Positions 28,076 through 29,452 of a stretch of 29,452 nucleotides of DNA are shown piece by piece; position 1 is the stretch's first letter; every line of letters starts with the position of its first letter. A program made the position numbers and the translations under genes. The notes under the pieces were generated by a model. That model searched no databases, was not told the origin of the DNA, and worked only from the letters and a program-made list of their open reading frames with translations. Origin of the DNA: Arcobacter sp. (lineage in GTDB: Bacteria; Campylobacterota; Campylobacteria; Campylobacterales; Arcobacteraceae). The DNA lies in contig CBFIGT010000015.1 in the NCBI GenBank assembly GCA_965662175.1, positions 1 to 29,452 of the forward strand. Direction: 5' to 3'.

Positions 28076-29173
28076 TTATTTTGAGATAATAGCTTGAATT
28101 CTTCTGTTTTCAGCTCTTCCCTCTTTAGTTTTGTTTGTTGTAATTGGTTGAGACTCACCAAATCCAACTGTTGATATTTTAGAAGCATCAACATTATAAG
28201 ATTCTAAAGCATTAGCAGCTGATTCAGCTCTTCTTTCAGATAACCATTGGTTATATTTTTCAGTACCAACAGCATCAGTGTGACCCTCAATAGTAGCTTT
28301 TAATTTAGGGTTTGAGTTTAAGTAATCAGCAAACTCTTTAATTCTAGCTTTATATTGCTCTTGAATAATAGATGAATTAATATCGAAATTGATTTTTAAA
28401 TCAACTACAACAGCACAACCATTATGATCTACAACAGCTTCACTAATTGTATTTGGACATTTGTCTAAAGAGTCAACAACTCCATCATTATCAGAGTCTA
28501 GCTCACAACCATTAGCATCAACTTTAACACCCATTTTTGTATTAGGACATTTATCCATTGAGTCAATAACACCATCTTTGTCTGAATCAAGAGGTTTAGG
28601 AGGCTCTACTTTTTTAGGCTCTTCAACTACTACAGGAGCAGGTGCAGCTTTTTTACCAAATGGAATTGCTAAACCAACTGTATAGATTAAGTTGTTATCA
28701 CCATTGTCAAACTCAACTAAATGTCTAACATCAGCTTTAATAGCCATATCATTATCTAATTTATATTTGTAACCAAAACCATAGTTAGCAAATAATCCAT
28801 CTTCATTACCAAATGCTTCAGAACCGAATACTTCAACACCAGCACCAACTAATGCATAAAGTGAAGATTTATTATCTAAGCTATACTCTTTTACAAAGTT
28901 TGTGAAAACTCTTGTAATAGAAGTATCTGAAGTTGAGTTTTTATAATCAACATCACCAAGAGTTCTTAAAAATCCTAATTCAACTTGATCAAACATAGAT
29001 TCATCTAAATTAAATCCTAAAGATACACCTGCATTTGCATAGTTTCTATCTAAATCTAAGTTACCCTCAGAATAAGTTCCACCTAACATAGGTGTAACTT
29101 CATAATTGTATTCACTGTTTGCTGCGAATAATAACGTTGAACAAATCAAACTTGTTGCGATAATTTTTTTCAT
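28076..29173 (-). CDS. OmpA/OprF-family outer membrane protein (CadF-like) with thrombospondin type-3 Ca-binding repeats
   Basis: Signal peptide, beta-barrel N-domain, Pro-rich linker, DSDxDGVxDxxDKCP twice, C-terminal EGHTD...NQWLSERRA...NRR OmpA domain. Confidence 0.92.
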   Translation of the reverse strand: MKKIIATSLICSTLLFAANSEYNYEVTPMLGGTYSEGNLDLDRNYANAGVSLGFNLDESMFDQVELGFLRTLGDVDYKNSTSDTSITRVFTNFVKEYSLDNKSSLYALVGAGVEVFGSEAFGNEDGLFANYGFGYKYKLDNDMAIKADVRHLVEFDNGDNNLIYTVGLAIPFGKKAAPAPVVVEEPKKVEPPKPLDSDKDGVIDSMDKCPNTKMGVKVDANGCELDSDNDGVVDSLDKCPNTISEAVVDHNGCAVVVDLKINFDINSSIIQEQYKARIKEFADYLNSNPKLKATIEGHTDAVGTEKYNQWLSERRAESAANALESYNVDASKISTVGFGESQPITTNKTKEGRAENRRIQAIISK

Positions 29174-29240
29174 ATTTTCTCCAATATTTTTTGAATTTAT
29201 ATCTTTATTATACTTAATTATAAATAAATATACAATGAAG

Positions 29241-29452
29241 TTATTTTACAAATATACTATTTACAGACTCATTGTTATGAATTCTTCTAATTGTTTCACC
29301 TATAATATGAGTTGCTGTTAGTACAGTAATTTTAGGATGGTCTTCTTTTAATGGAATAGTATCAGAAATAACAAGTTCATCAAGTGCTTCACCCTTTGTT
29401 AATCTTTCATAAGCAGGACCACTTAAAACACCATGTGTACAACATGCCATTA
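29241..29452 (-). CDS. prs: Ribose-phosphate pyrophosphokinase, C-terminal fragment running off the window
   Basis: THGVLSGPA, LVISDTIP, ETIRRIHNNESVNSIF. Confidence 0.93.
   Translation of the reverse strand, partial: MACCTHGVLSGPAYERLTKGEALDELVISDTIPLKEDHPKITVLTATHIIGETIRRIHNNESVNSIFVK

Noticed and set aside
28076..29173. Calling the OmpA protein cadF, a fibronectin adhesin
   Set aside because: The C. jejuni FRLS fibronectin-binding motif is not visible; only a family-level call is supported
22321..29321. Plus-strand ORFs at 22321, 26353, 28461 and 29106
   Set aside because: Antisense to hisA, lepA, ompA and prs; no independent evidence
1..29452. CRISPR arrays, tRNA/rRNA, IS elements, prophage genes
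   Set aside because: No regularly spaced repeats, no GC-rich structured RNA segments and no transposase, integrase or phage proteins; intergenic gaps are all under about 250 nt

Overview
AT-rich bacterial chromosomal segment. Gene content and order (prmA-ftsH-psd-like, ctsW/comF, CadF/OmpA-like, MutS-HNH) suggest Campylobacterota, most likely Arcobacteraceae; this is an inference from recognised protein families. The housekeeping backbone is dusB, prmA, ftsH, leuA, cheY, hisA, hisH, lepA, ompA and prs. Three blocks interrupt it. (i) A tightly coupled run: a tandem DUF1538 membrane protein fused to a PII-like domain, a thioredoxin, a c-type haem protein and a MutS with a C-terminal HNH nuclease (MutS7 type). 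(ii) A TesA/YbbA/YbbP-like esterase-ABC module. (iii) A five-gene operon preceded by Fur boxes: imelysin lipoprotein, di-haem oxidoreductase, second imelysin, di-iron hydroxylase/desaturase and a MauG-type di-haem peroxidase, probably an uncharacterised iron-acquisition/redox system. Two signals are missing from the ORF track: a 25-aa Leu4 leader peptide under a perfect sigma70 promoter upstream of leuA, with no classical attenuator hairpin, and recurrent hairpins built over stop codons at operon ends. No rRNA, tRNA, CRISPR array, transposase or integrase was seen.
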